This document shows, in pieces, positions 39,407 through 48,855 of a stretch of DNA of 64,000 nt. Position 1 is the first letter of the stretch; the number at the start of each line of letters is the position of its first letter. Under the pieces are notes generated by a model, which worked only from the letters and a program-made list of their open reading frames with translations, had not been told where the DNA came from and did no database searches. Origin of the DNA: Patescibacteria group bacterium (lineage in GTDB: Bacteria > Patescibacteriota > Patescibacteriia > UBA1558 > GWA2-36-10); contig JBAZKN010000001.1 in NCBI GenBank assembly GCA_041650755.1, forward strand, positions 4,387 through 68,386, in the 5' to 3' direction. Position numbers and translations under genes: made by a program.

Positions 39407-40321
39407 ATGAAGCACTTGTCCTATGTTGAGGCTGCTGATATGGCACACCTCTTGGCCCTCAAACAAGAGCGTCAGATCACGATCAGTTTAGCTCTCCCCG
39501 TCAGAAACGAGGAGGCGACCATTGGTCGTGTCATCGAGTGTGCCAGATCGTGCCAGCCGTTAGTTGACGAGATTATCGTCTTGGACAGCGGTTCTACCGA
39601 CAACACGCGGGAGGTGTGTTCAAGGTTAGGACTGGATGCGATCCCTGACGAACAGTTGGCCAAGGCCATGTCTATCCCTCTAGCCAGAGGAAAAGGATGG
39701 AATCTGTGGAGCAGTGTCTACTTCACGCGCGGTGATGTCATCGCCTGGATTGACACTGACATAGAGAACATCCATCCGCGCTTCATCCAAGGAATCGTCG
39801 CTCCTTTCCTGATGGATCCCGAGGTGATCTTTGCCAAAGGTTACTACAAGCGACCCAAGGGTGATGCCCGGGTGACCGAGATTCTTGCTCGGCCTTTCCT
39901 CAACATGCTGTTTCCCGAAGCTGCGAGTTTCATACAACCGTTGGCGGGGGAATACGCTGGGACTCGCGAGTTCCTCGAGAAAGCCACTTTCTACTCCGGG
40001 TATAGTGTAGAGGTGGCTATTCTGCTCCAAGCAGTACTTGAGTATGGACCGGAGAGAATCACCCAAGTGTTCCTCGACCAGCGGGTACATCCGCTTCAAG
40101 ATGTCCCGTCGCTTGGCAGGATGGCAGGTAGCATCCTGTACACTCTCCTGCATCTAGCTGAGCACTACAAGCGATTGACGCTTCAAGTGGATGTTCAGCA
40201 GGAAATGAGGGTGTTCAACGCCACCATCGATGGCGACAAGAACATCACCTCGGAAACGCTCAACGTCGCAGACACCGCTCTTCCTCGTGTGGTTGACCTT
40301 CCCAACTACCGGGAGAGGTAG
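39407..40321 (+). CDS. Glucosyl-3-phosphoglycerate synthase-like (GpgS, GT81/GT-A) glycosyltransferase
   Basis: LPVRNEEATIG, DSGSTD, GKG, DTD, RVTEILARP and QPLAGEYAG motifs; GGGAGG SD. Confidence 0.85.
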   Translation: MKHLSYVEAADMAHLLALKQERQITISLALPVRNEEATIGRVIECARSCQPLVDEIIVLDSGSTDNTREVCSRLGLDAIPDEQLAKAMSIPLARGKGWNLWSSVYFTRGDVIAWIDTDIENIHPRFIQGIVAPFLMDPEVIFAKGYYKRPKGDARVTEILARPFLNMLFPEAASFIQPLAGEYAGTREFLEKATFYSGYSVEVAILLQAVLEYGPERITQVFLDQRVHPLQDVPSLGRMAGSILYTLLHLAEHYKRLTLQVDVQQEMRVFNATIDGDKNITSETLNVADTALPRVVDLPNYRER

Positions 40322-40331
40322 TCTGCACAGA

Positions 40332-40380
40332 CAAAAGGGCCCGATGAACGAACATAACATTCTGACATCCGGGCCCTTTG
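40332..40380. terminator. Hairpin closing the five-gene operon
   Basis: caaaagggcccgatg...catccgggccctttg. Confidence 0.6.
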
Positions 40381-40394
40381 AATTTGATAAAAAA

Positions 40395-40949
40395 TTATCT
40401 AAGTTCTCTATAATAATCGAAACTATTTTTAGTTAAAGATAAATTGAGTGGTAATTGCTCATTTTTTTGTTTATCATCTAATTCGGCTCGCATTTTCCCA
40501 AAATCCATACATCTACGCAGGTAATGTGGGATAGATGGGTCGATTTTTATAATTGCGGAGTATAAATTTTTTCTAGAAAAACTATTTAATCTGTTTTTTA
40601 CTATTAAGTTTGTCAGTTTTGGCACTAAATGGGGATTACCTAGCCGACATATGATATACGCTCCAACAGTGATATCCTCACCTAGAATAATGGTGGCCTC
40701 AAATAAGTGATCTGCTTTTTGGTATATGTCACTTTTTGGTACTTTATTCCAAACAAAACTAGCCATTTCATATTCATCAACTGGATTAATATCAAAGTTA
40801 ATGTTAAATGTTTTTGGTCTAGGCGTGCCAACAAAGCCAACGTCATCTTGATAATTGCTGGTAAAATAAGCCGGCATGGCTCTTTCGGCACTTGTAATTA
40901 AATCGTATATGGATGTAATTACAATTTTTTTCTTATTTGGCCAAAGCAT
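40395..40949 (-). CDS. Hypothetical protein
   Basis: 184-aa AT-rich ORF. Confidence 0.6.
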   Translation of the reverse strand: MLWPNKKKIVITSIYDLITSAERAMPAYFTSNYQDDVGFVGTPRPKTFNINFDINPVDEYEMASFVWNKVPKSDIYQKADHLFEATIILGEDITVGAYIICRLGNPHLVPKLTNLIVKNRLNSFSRKNLYSAIIKIDPSIPHYLRRCMDFGKMRAELDDKQKNEQLPLNLSLTKNSFDYYRELR

Positions 40950-40957
40950 AATAAAAA

Positions 40958-41170
40958 TTATTTTCTAGTGTAATAAAGGATAACTGTAGTATTCAAAAAC
41001 ATCATTAGAATTACTCCTATAAACATTAAACCACCAGATGGTACTTGTGCCAAGGAAAGGAACCAAAATTCTCCAAATTCGAAAATAACAAACAAGAATC
41101 CGCCAATTAAAATCAAATTAATTAAAGTGTACAAGATGATACTTAACTTGGCTGTTTTCTCTTTAGTCAT
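40958..41170 (-). CDS. Small two-TM membrane protein
   Basis: Two hydrophobic helices, 70 aa. Confidence 0.6.
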   Translation of the reverse strand: MTKEKTAKLSIILYTLINLILIGGFLFVIFEFGEFWFLSLAQVPSGGLMFIGVILMMFLNTTVILYYTRK

Positions 41171-41189
41171 AAATTTGAATTAATGATAC

Positions 41190-41341
41190 AAAAAAGGCCT
41201 CGCGCCAGTTGGCAACCCCTTGCGGTGTTACCACTACGCCCTTTCAGGCATAGACCTATCCTACAAGTACCGGTCACGAGACCATCTCTGTGTAGGATAG
41301 GTATTTGAAGCCATGCTCCAAAAATGGAGTTTAGGCCTTTT
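41190..41341 (-). promoter_or_regulatory. Structured cis-regulatory/antisense-type RNA element
   Basis: Mutually exclusive stems ending in gcgcgaggcc-T6 just upstream of the 41170 start. Confidence 0.5.
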
Positions 41342-41432
41342 AATTGTAAGTTGAGTTTATCAAAAAAGAGCTATTTATTCAAGCTGGCGACTTGTTTATC
41401 AATAATATAAGGTGTATGATTTTATTAGTTAT

Positions 41433-42071
41433 ATGAATCAGATAGAGTGTACAATTAACGTCATGAATCTTCTTCTTTCTCAGTGGATGTTTTTTGATCA
41501 AATTAGTAATCCATTTTTTTATATTGATATAGATATATTTGCTGATGCCGCTGGTGGCCGCGCTAATCTGGTGAAAATAATTGAGGATTTTGAAAGGAGG
41601 AAGTGCGTAAAAAATGTTAGAGGGGTTAATGATACTTCAGAGTGGCGTACCATAATTTTATCTAACGGCGATAGATTGTCACTAAATATAATGCAAGATA
41701 ATTTAGAATATTATAGAGAAGTTTTGAAGAAAAATATCGCTAATAAAAATATCAGTTTAAGTAATTTTGATATTTCTTATGATGAAGATAGAAAAATATT
41801 AATAATTGGTAATGAGGAAATTTTGATAGATAATTCAACCAACCAAGATTATTTATGTAAAATCATGTTTAAGAGGGGGGTTGGTGTGCCAGTATATTGG
41901 GTGGATATATATGAAGCAATTCAAGGTGGGCACGAGCCAGAGAATGATAAAAAATGTAAGAAGATAATAGAAGATACGGTTTATATGGTTAACAATAAAG
42001 TCAGGGGGCTTATAGGAACCAATGATTTGTTATTTCGCAGTAACAAGGGCTATATAATAAGACAATATTGA
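41433..42071 (+). CDS. Hypothetical protein with C-terminal winged-helix-like domain
   Basis: C-terminal WVDIYEAI...IEDTVYMVNNK pattern resembles an OmpR-type wHTH. Alternative GTG start at 41412. Confidence 0.6.
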   Translation: MNQIECTINVMNLLLSQWMFFDQISNPFFYIDIDIFADAAGGRANLVKIIEDFERRKCVKNVRGVNDTSEWRTIILSNGDRLSLNIMQDNLEYYREVLKKNIANKNISLSNFDISYDEDRKILIIGNEEILIDNSTNQDYLCKIMFKRGVGVPVYWVDIYEAIQGGHEPENDKKCKKIIEDTVYMVNNKVRGLIGTNDLLFRSNKGYIIRQY

Positions 42072-42425
42072 TAAAATACGATCCGTAAGTGGGCCGTATA
42101 GAGCTGTTTTATAGTTAAAGTGATTATACTTTAACTTTTTTGTTTTTGTTGGAGTTCTATTAAAAACGTCCTAATAACAGGGGGTGAAGTACTAAAAATA
42201 AAAAATCTTAGTATTAATACCCCCACTACATATTAGTGTTTTTGTAAAAGTTGAAAATAAAACGGTATTAAGCAGAGGGAGTGATGCCTTGCACTCAATT
42301 TATTGTTCATTTGATACAAATTTAACAGGGTGCGACATGTAAGATATATAGGTTTTAATAGGCGAAAACGTATTTTATGGCTCAAAATGCCAAAATACAA
42401 AAAGTACGTAAATGACACAAATTAT

Positions 42426-43373
42426 ATGGTTGAAATTAAGGAAATAATAAGCAAATTTATGGATCAGAAGGAATTTGCTGAAGATCGCTCAAAAGCCACG
42501 ATAGATAATTATCATTGGGTTTTTAAGCATTTATTACAATTAATGCCTGAAATCAAAGTCTTGAATGACATTAATCATGACAATGTGGTCGAATTTTTGA
42601 AAAGAGTCAGTACTAGAGAGAAAACCGTGGGCCATGAAAAGGTAGTGGGTATAAGCACCAGTACTAAAAGGACTTATATTAGTAAATTAAATACTTTCTG
42701 CGTGTGGTTGAATAGGAATGGTTATAAAAGAGATAATCCTATGGATAAGGAGAGTATGCCGCGCCCAAAGATTATATATAAAAATAGGAAATACTTGGAT
42801 TTAGATCAGGTAAGAAGGATATTGGTAGCCATTAGTCATAATATACGTTGGAGCAGTAATTTTATTAAAGCCAGAAATGAATTGATAATAGTTTTGGCCA
42901 TTACTTGTGGTTTGAGAAGATCTGAGTTATTAGGCATAACTTTGTCAGACATAGATTTAGATAATCGTAAAATTACTATTAGAGGGGTGACATCAAAGAG
43001 TAAAAAAACTAGATTTTTACACATTAATGCTTGGTGTATGGATATATTAAAAAAGTATCTATTGGAGAGGCGTAATAAACATTATAAAAATCCACATTTG
43101 TTTGTTTCTGATATGGTTGATAGGCCCTTTACGACACATGGGTTAAAGCACATGTTGAAAAAGGTAGAGAATACCTCTGGCATTGATTTTCACATGCACA
43201 ATTTCAGGCACACGTTTGCCTATATTTTGAAAAAAAACAACACAAACACTTCTTCGATACAGAATTTGTTGGGGCACAGTGCCGTGCAACATACTCAAAA
43301 ATATCTAGAAAATTTTCCAGATGACGAAAATGATAAATATATTGATCAAGTCACCCTTCAAAATCTTAAATAA
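42426..43373 (+). CDS. Second tyrosine recombinase/integrase
   Basis: CGLRRSE, SKSKK, HNFRH, LGHS and HTQKY motifs; ATG at 42426. Confidence 0.9.
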   Translation: MVEIKEIISKFMDQKEFAEDRSKATIDNYHWVFKHLLQLMPEIKVLNDINHDNVVEFLKRVSTREKTVGHEKVVGISTSTKRTYISKLNTFCVWLNRNGYKRDNPMDKESMPRPKIIYKNRKYLDLDQVRRILVAISHNIRWSSNFIKARNELIIVLAITCGLRRSELLGITLSDIDLDNRKITIRGVTSKSKKTRFLHINAWCMDILKKYLLERRNKHYKNPHLFVSDMVDRPFTTHGLKHMLKKVENTSGIDFHMHNFRHTFAYILKKNNTNTSSIQNLLGHSAVQHTQKYLENFPDDENDKYIDQVTLQNLK

Positions 43374-43513
43374 TTGTGCTAATATGATAATAGAAATAAT
43401 TAAAATTAGTTGTAGTGTAAACGGGTCATTGCCACGGCATAAAAATTTTAATAGTTTTTCCAAATTATTCCCTAAGATTAGCTGAGGACAATAGAATCAG
43501 CACAGCGACCATT

Positions 43514-43560
43514 CATGGTAAGGCGTAGGTCCGCGGTTCAAGCCCGCGAGACGGCTCCAT
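43514..43560 (+). repeat. att direct repeat (right); displaced 3' half of tRNA-Thr
   Basis: Identical to 29235-29281. Confidence 0.92.
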
Positions 43561-43857
43561 TCGACTCCATCCCGCTTTGCGTGACTTCGCTCGTGGTCTA
43601 CGTTCTCGGCTTTGCCTTGAACTCCGACCACCATAAAGAGGCGAGTGTCACGAGTGAATTAAGCGCATCGAGGGGCACGAGATAAAATAATAAGTGGAAT
43701 AAAAATCAGCACTGTTAGCTGGTTTTTTAATATTTATCCCCAAGTTTGCGGGTGTTTTTTTATTTTTTTATGATGACTATGGTATAATATAATATATAAA
43801 AGTTGATTGCTTGACAATTTTTTGTAATTATACTATAATATAAAATTAAGATTAATT

Positions 43858-45447
43858 ATGCCAGAATTTTTCCTCGACAAAAAAAATTTTCCCGATGATA
43901 ACAATGTGGGGAGCACTGATTATTCTGGTCCCCATTTTTTTCATAAATTATTCATTCCTAGCCAACACAATAATTATAAACCGCATGCTTTGCACGGTAA
44001 GCGTCTAGCTTTTTATTCTTTGGCGGCAATTTTAATCAAGGCTTTGGTAGTGGCCTTAGCCTTATCTTTTCCTATTCAGGCTTGGTTGACACCGGATTTA
44101 CTTTCAGAAGAAAGCGGACGAATAGTAGAATTGACCAATAATTTACGCATCAGATTAAACATTAGCCCGTTGCGTAACAATGAAGTTTTGCAGCAGGCGG
44201 CTTTAGCTAAAGCCGAGGACATGTTGGTCAACCAATATTTTGCTCACGTCAGTCCAGATAAAAAAGGTTTGAAACATTGGCTGCAGATTTATCGCTATAA
44301 TTATAGTGTGGCTGGTGAAAATTTGGCCTTGGGTTTTTCTAGCCCGGAAGCGGTAGTGCAAGCTTGGGAAACAAGCCCTACCCACTATGCTAATTTAATC
44401 GATTCGGACTATAAAGATATCGGCGTAGCTATGATCGCCGGCACTTATCAGGGTTTTGATACCACTTTAGTGGCTCAATATTTTGGTACTCTAAAAAATG
44501 AGCCCAGCATAGAGACATCAACATCGATTTTTGGTCCTGAAAATACTTTGACACCAACTAGCACTAGTCAAACCAGCACCAATGCAGTTTTGTCCAGCAA
44601 AGATTTACCAGAGACAAGCGCAAGCTTGCCAGTTGTTCCTGTTGGCAAGCCGGTCTTGGCTAACCCGCGCCTGATGTCGCCTGCAGATAATTTTTTGACC
44701 AAGGATAGTAAAATTCATCTTGTGATCAGCGCTCCGCGGGCCGAGGGCTTGACTGTTTGGGTCAATAAGCAGGCCAAGTGGCAGGGTCAGGTCGATTTTG
44801 ATAAAGCCGAGACCGACCTAATTTTGCCAGAAGGCGAAAATAAAATTATCTTGCAAGCTGATGGATTGGAGCAGACAGTTTATTCTACTATTTATACCAT
44901 AAAAGTTGACATGGCCGCTCCTCAAGTGGATCAGGAACGTACTCACATCTCTGCTTTGCAGCCCAGTGGCCAAGACCAAGTGGTTATAAAAGCGGAAGTT
45001 TACATGAGCGCAGATACTAGGCTAGCCACTATCAAAATAGATAAATATAATATAGATTTGCAGCAAGATAGTTTTGATAAACAAAAATGGACCGGACATC
45101 TGATTATTAGTGAAGAAGAAAACGAGCAGTTATCCAATCCAGTCGTGCCAGCCAGTATTAGCTCTGTGGATTTGGCGGGCAATACAGCTATTGAGGATAT
45201 TAGTTGGGGTGCGGTTATACCAAAGGAAACCACTCCCTTGAGCCAATATTTATTTTTGAAGCAAAACCAAACAAATTATACAGCTCCGCTGTTTGACATT
45301 AGCTCGATATATTATAAATTTATTTTGGTTTTAGCTTGCCTGGCGCTTTTGTTGAATATTTTTATTGAAATAAAAAAACAACACCCCAAAACCATTGCTT
45401 CAACCATGTGTTTCATTGCTTTGTTGGTTATTTTGATTCTGATTTAA
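43858..45447 (+). CDS. CAP/SCP-domain membrane protein
   Basis: TNNLR, KAEDM...YFAH, AGENLA and SPTHYANL motifs; TM helices at both termini. Confidence 0.85.
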   Translation: MPEFFLDKKNFPDDNNVGSTDYSGPHFFHKLFIPSQHNNYKPHALHGKRLAFYSLAAILIKALVVALALSFPIQAWLTPDLLSEESGRIVELTNNLRIRLNISPLRNNEVLQQAALAKAEDMLVNQYFAHVSPDKKGLKHWLQIYRYNYSVAGENLALGFSSPEAVVQAWETSPTHYANLIDSDYKDIGVAMIAGTYQGFDTTLVAQYFGTLKNEPSIETSTSIFGPENTLTPTSTSQTSTNAVLSSKDLPETSASLPVVPVGKPVLANPRLMSPADNFLTKDSKIHLVISAPRAEGLTVWVNKQAKWQGQVDFDKAETDLILPEGENKIILQADGLEQTVYSTIYTIKVDMAAPQVDQERTHISALQPSGQDQVVIKAEVYMSADTRLATIKIDKYNIDLQQDSFDKQKWTGHLIISEEENEQLSNPVVPASISSVDLAGNTAIEDISWGAVIPKETTPLSQYLFLKQNQTNYTAPLFDISSIYYKFILVLACLALLLNIFIEIKKQHPKTIASTMCFIALLVILILI

Positions 45448-45536
45448 TTATTGTTTTATCTATTGACAAAAGTTTGAAATTGTGTAAAGGTATGGCAAGA
45501 AACACAGGTTTTTTAATTAATAATTTATTAATAGTT

Positions 45537-47072
45537 ATGAGTAAAAATTTAACCAAATTTCTGGCTTTATTGATTGCCTTGAGCGTTTCTGCTTTGAATT
45601 CCGGCCTATTTAGCTATAGCTACAATGTAGCTTTGGCTGCCAGTGAAGAAGGATTGGAAGAAAGTTTAACATTGCCAATTCGCGAGCAAAGCCGCAATAA
45701 GCAAGAAGTGACCCCAGATCAAACCCAAGAAACAAACACAGTAGAGCAAGTGCAGTCAATCGCCCCCAAGGGTGATGGTGCCAGCAAGGTGACTATCTGT
45801 CATTTGACCGCAGGTAATCCAAATAATGCTCACACCATTGAAGTAAGCGTCAATGCTCTCGAGGCCCATTTGGCGCACGGCGATACTATGGGTGTATGCT
45901 CCGCGCCAGTGGATCATTGTGCCGCCCTAATGCAAAACATCAAGAATTTTCAGGGTGTACATGCCAATATCAAGAATGGCACTTATGATGCCGCTTTTGA
46001 TTTAGACGCCGATGACGCAATTAATTTATCTGATGTGGTAATTGCTACTGCCGCTCAACCATCTGCTGATGTCAATGGCGATGGTGTTGTCAATTTGACC
46101 GATGTAGTTTTAGCTGCCCAGTGTGTAAATTCTGATCCAGTGCATCAATATTGCAGTGTCTTGGTACAAAACATCAAGAATTTTCAGGGTGTACATGCCA
46201 ATATCAAGAATGGCACTTATGATGCCGCTTTTGATTTAGACGCCGATGGTGCAATTAATTTATCTGATGTGGTAATTGCTACTGCCGCTCAACCATCTGC
46301 TGATGTCAATGGCGATGGTGTTGTCAATTTGACCGATGTAGTTTTAGCTGCTCAATGTCATTTTGAAGTGCCGCAATTAGAGCAGCCGCAGATTCAAAAT
46401 CCCCCCAGAAATAACCCGGAGATTAATAATGTCGCTATCATTCCACCAACCGAAGAGCAATGTCATGCCTTGATTGCTGATATGGAAATGGTGCAAAGCG
46501 CTGATCATTCTCTGCCCGGCGATCTAAATGGCGATCATGCAGTCAATTTGACCGATACAGTTTTATTGGCTGAGTTGGACCGAGGTGGTCAGAATGGTGT
46601 TACTGATAAAGTGATTAATTTAACCGACGTGGTGTTGTTGGCTCAATTCTGCCACGATTTTATTCCTGCCGAGAACCCCGTTGCCTTAACAGAAACTACA
46701 CCAGCTAATCCCGGCAATAGTAGTGGTAGTTCTGACAGCTATATAGTTCCTACACCGACCTTGCAGCCGCAAGTTTTATCTGAACAAGTTAACGCTAGTA
46801 ATTGCAAAGTTGATAAAGATGTGGCCAATAAAACAAAGTTCGCTAATGGTACTTTATTGCGAGCTTGCAACGCTAAGATATATTTGATTAAGGATGGACA
46901 GAAGTTATATATTGAGAATTTGGCTACTCTCAAGAAGTATGCCGGCAAGAGAATCTATAATGTCAGTCAAGATGTTTTGGATTCATACCCTGATTGGACG
47001 CCGAAGGTTTCAGCTATCAAGCCAAAGCCCGCTAATCAAATAGTTAAGTCATCAATCAAGTCAAGTAAATAA
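45537..47072 (+). CDS. Secreted protein with multiple dockerin/EF-hand-like repeats
   Basis: Signal peptide; DVNGDGVVNLTDVV-type repeats; ATG at 45537. Confidence 0.8.
   Translation: MSKNLTKFLALLIALSVSALNSGLFSYSYNVALAASEEGLEESLTLPIREQSRNKQEVTPDQTQETNTVEQVQSIAPKGDGASKVTICHLTAGNPNNAHTIEVSVNALEAHLAHGDTMGVCSAPVDHCAALMQNIKNFQGVHANIKNGTYDAAFDLDADDAINLSDVVIATAAQPSADVNGDGVVNLTDVVLAAQCVNSDPVHQYCSVLVQNIKNFQGVHANIKNGTYDAAFDLDADGAINLSDVVIATAAQPSADVNGDGVVNLTDVVLAAQCHFEVPQLEQPQIQNPPRNNPEINNVAIIPPTEEQCHALIADMEMVQSADHSLPGDLNGDHAVNLTDTVLLAELDRGGQNGVTDKVINLTDVVLLAQFCHDFIPAENPVALTETTPANPGNSSGSSDSYIVPTPTLQPQVLSEQVNASNCKVDKDVANKTKFANGTLLRACNAKIYLIKDGQKLYIENLATLKKYAGKRIYNVSQDVLDSYPDWTPKVSAIKPKPANQIVKSSIKSSK
45933..46351 (+). 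repeat. Intragenic 185-bp duplication (234-nt period)
   Basis: 45933-46117 versus 46167-46351, with two adjacent mismatches (gac/ggt). Confidence 0.9.
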
Positions 47073-47078
47073 AATTCA

Positions 47079-47107
47079 TAGCCCAAGCTCACAAGGCTTG
47101 GGCTATT
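47079..47107. terminator. Hairpin terminator
   Basis: atagcccaagc...gcttgggctat. Confidence 0.6.
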
Positions 47108-47271
47108 TGATTGTACGACATTAAATTTATATTTTGTCAAGCCGTTGACAATTGTAAGTAGCGTGTTGTATATTTAAAGGTCAATTGACATTTCTAAAGT
47201 GATTCTTATATACTTAAAATATTAGTAATATTTTTATATATATTTTTTATTAATTATCTTATTTCAAGCCT

Positions 47272-48759
47272 ATGAGTAATAAAATTTTTAAGTATTCAAC
47301 TTGGCTGGTTTTTGTGACAGTTTTGGTGTGGTCCATCAGTTTTGGCTCGCAACAAATTATCAAAGCCCAAGCCCAAGAAGCTGGCGAATTACCTCTTGAG
47401 ATACCTTTGCTTATCAATGAGGAAAAACCAAACCCCGACCCAGTACCAGTGCCGCTGGCCATGCCGGCGCCAACTACGCATGGTGCTTGGTGCAGTGCCT
47501 TGTTAGGCATGATGTCCTCGACGGCCCATCATGATAATCAGGTTATTAACATCGATGATTTGGGCGGTGTGAATTTGACCGATACAGTGATGCTAGACGA
47601 TTGGTATAATACCGGCAACAATGATGCCTGCTATTCCCGTTTTGAGCCAAGTCCCGGTAATTTTAACTTTAACCAAAGCAACTATCAAAATATTGATTGG
47701 TGTTTGGGTTTAAAGCAAGGGATTACTGACGGTACCGGCTCAAGTACCGGAGACCCCAATTTTTCCCCGATATTTGATTTGAATGACGATGGTACTATTA
47801 ATCTTACAGACGTAGTTTTAATGGCTCAATTAGTCGGGGCTGATGATCAGGCAGCTTGTTATTTGCACTATGTGCCGCCTATGCCTAGCTGGCCAGAGCC
47901 AGACACAGTGCCGCCAGTTATCACTTTGTTGGGTTCTAACCCGGTAGATATTTATGTTGGCGATAGCTATACTGATGCAGGCGCAACTGCCTCAGATGAT
48001 ATAGATGGTGATATTAGTGCTAATATTGTTTTATCTGGCACAGTAAATACTAGCACGGTTGGCGCTTATATTTTGACTTATGATGTATCTGATGCCGCTG
48101 GCAATCCAGCCGTACCAGTCACCAGGACTGTCAATGTGGCTGCCCAGCCAACTCCACCACCTCCAGCTCCAAGTGGCGGTGGCGGCGGTGGCGGCTATAT
48201 GCCGATCAGCATTTTTAATGTTCAAGTGACACCTGGTACAGATAAAGCCACTATTACTTGGCAGACCTCCAGAGATTCTTTGACTTGGATGTTCTATGGC
48301 TTGGATACTTATTTGGAGACAGAGTCAAAAGATGATGTCTATAAACCAACGCATAAAATAGATTTGACTGGCCTTAAACCAAATACCACTTATCATTATC
48401 AATTGCGGGCCAGAGATAGCGGTGGTAATACGGTTTATGACACTGAACACACTTTTACCACCCTGACGGTTGGCGGTTTGGTACCCCAAGTCTTGGGCGT
48501 CAAAGAAGATGCCAATGCCTGCGTGCCCAAGATTGATCAAGACATAAAGAATGTGAAAACTTTTGCCAACGGTAAATTGATCAGAAGTTGCGGCCCAGAA
48601 GTATATCTCATTGTACAGGGCAAAAAGTTTCATATCATGAGCTGGCAGATTTTGCACGACAATTTCTTTGGCAAGAGAATTTATAATGTCAGCCAAGAGG
48701 TATTGGCCTCTTATCAGAATTTTCAAGGCACAGTCAGCGGTCTGAAAATAAAACAATAA
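47272..48759 (+). CDS. Secreted protein: dockerin-like motifs + DUF5011-type Ig + FN3-like + shared C-terminal domain
   Basis: [14 protein letters not shown]; [11 protein letters not shown]...[13 protein letters not shown]; [12 protein letters not shown]. Confidence 0.8.
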   Translation: MSNKIFKYSTWLVFVTVLVWSISFGSQQIIKAQAQEAGELPLEIPLLINEEKPNPDPVPVPLAMPAPTTHGAWCSALLGMMSSTAHHDNQVINIDDLGGVNLTDTVMLDDWYNTGNNDACYSRFEPSPGNFNFNQSNYQNIDWCLGLKQGITDGTGSSTGDPNFSPIFDLNDDGTINLTDVVLMAQLVGADDQAACYLHYVPPMPSWPEPDTVPPVITLLGSNPVDIYVGDSYTDAGATASDDIDGDISANIVLSGTVNTSTVGAYILTYDVSDAAGNPAVPVTRTVNVAAQPTPPPPAPSGGGGGGGYMPISIFNVQVTPGTDKATITWQTSRDSLTWMFYGLDTYLETESKDDVYKPTHKIDLTGLKPNTTYHYQLRARDSGGNTVYDTEHTFTTLTVGGLVPQVLGVKEDANACVPKIDQDIKNVKTFANGKLIRSCGPEVYLIVQGKKFHIMSWQILHDNFFGKRIYNVSQEVLASYQNFQGTVSGLKIKQ

Positions 48760-48855
48760 CTCTTTAATTTTCCGCGTCCCCATTTTTCAAGCCGTAGGGC
48801 TTAGATGAATGGGGACGTTTTGGTTTTTCTAAAAACTTATGTTATAGTTTGTGAT

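Larger units (their letters stand above)
29235..43560. mobile_element. tRNA-Thr-integrated genomic island (~14.2 kb)
   Basis: 47-bp direct repeat (29235-29281 and 43514-43560) with a tyrosine recombinase just inside each end. Confidence 0.92.

Noticed and set aside
29282-43513. Prophage or ICE
   Set aside because: No terminase, capsid, tail, relaxase or T4SS genes are recognisable, so it is called only an integrative island.
43514-43560. Fourth tRNA gene
   Set aside because: Only the 3' half is present, without the 5' acceptor strand or D-arm; it is the att duplicate.
45933-46351. DGR template/variable repeat pair
   Set aside because: Both copies are in frame within one gene, one of the two mismatches is not at an adenine, and no reverse transcriptase is present in the window.
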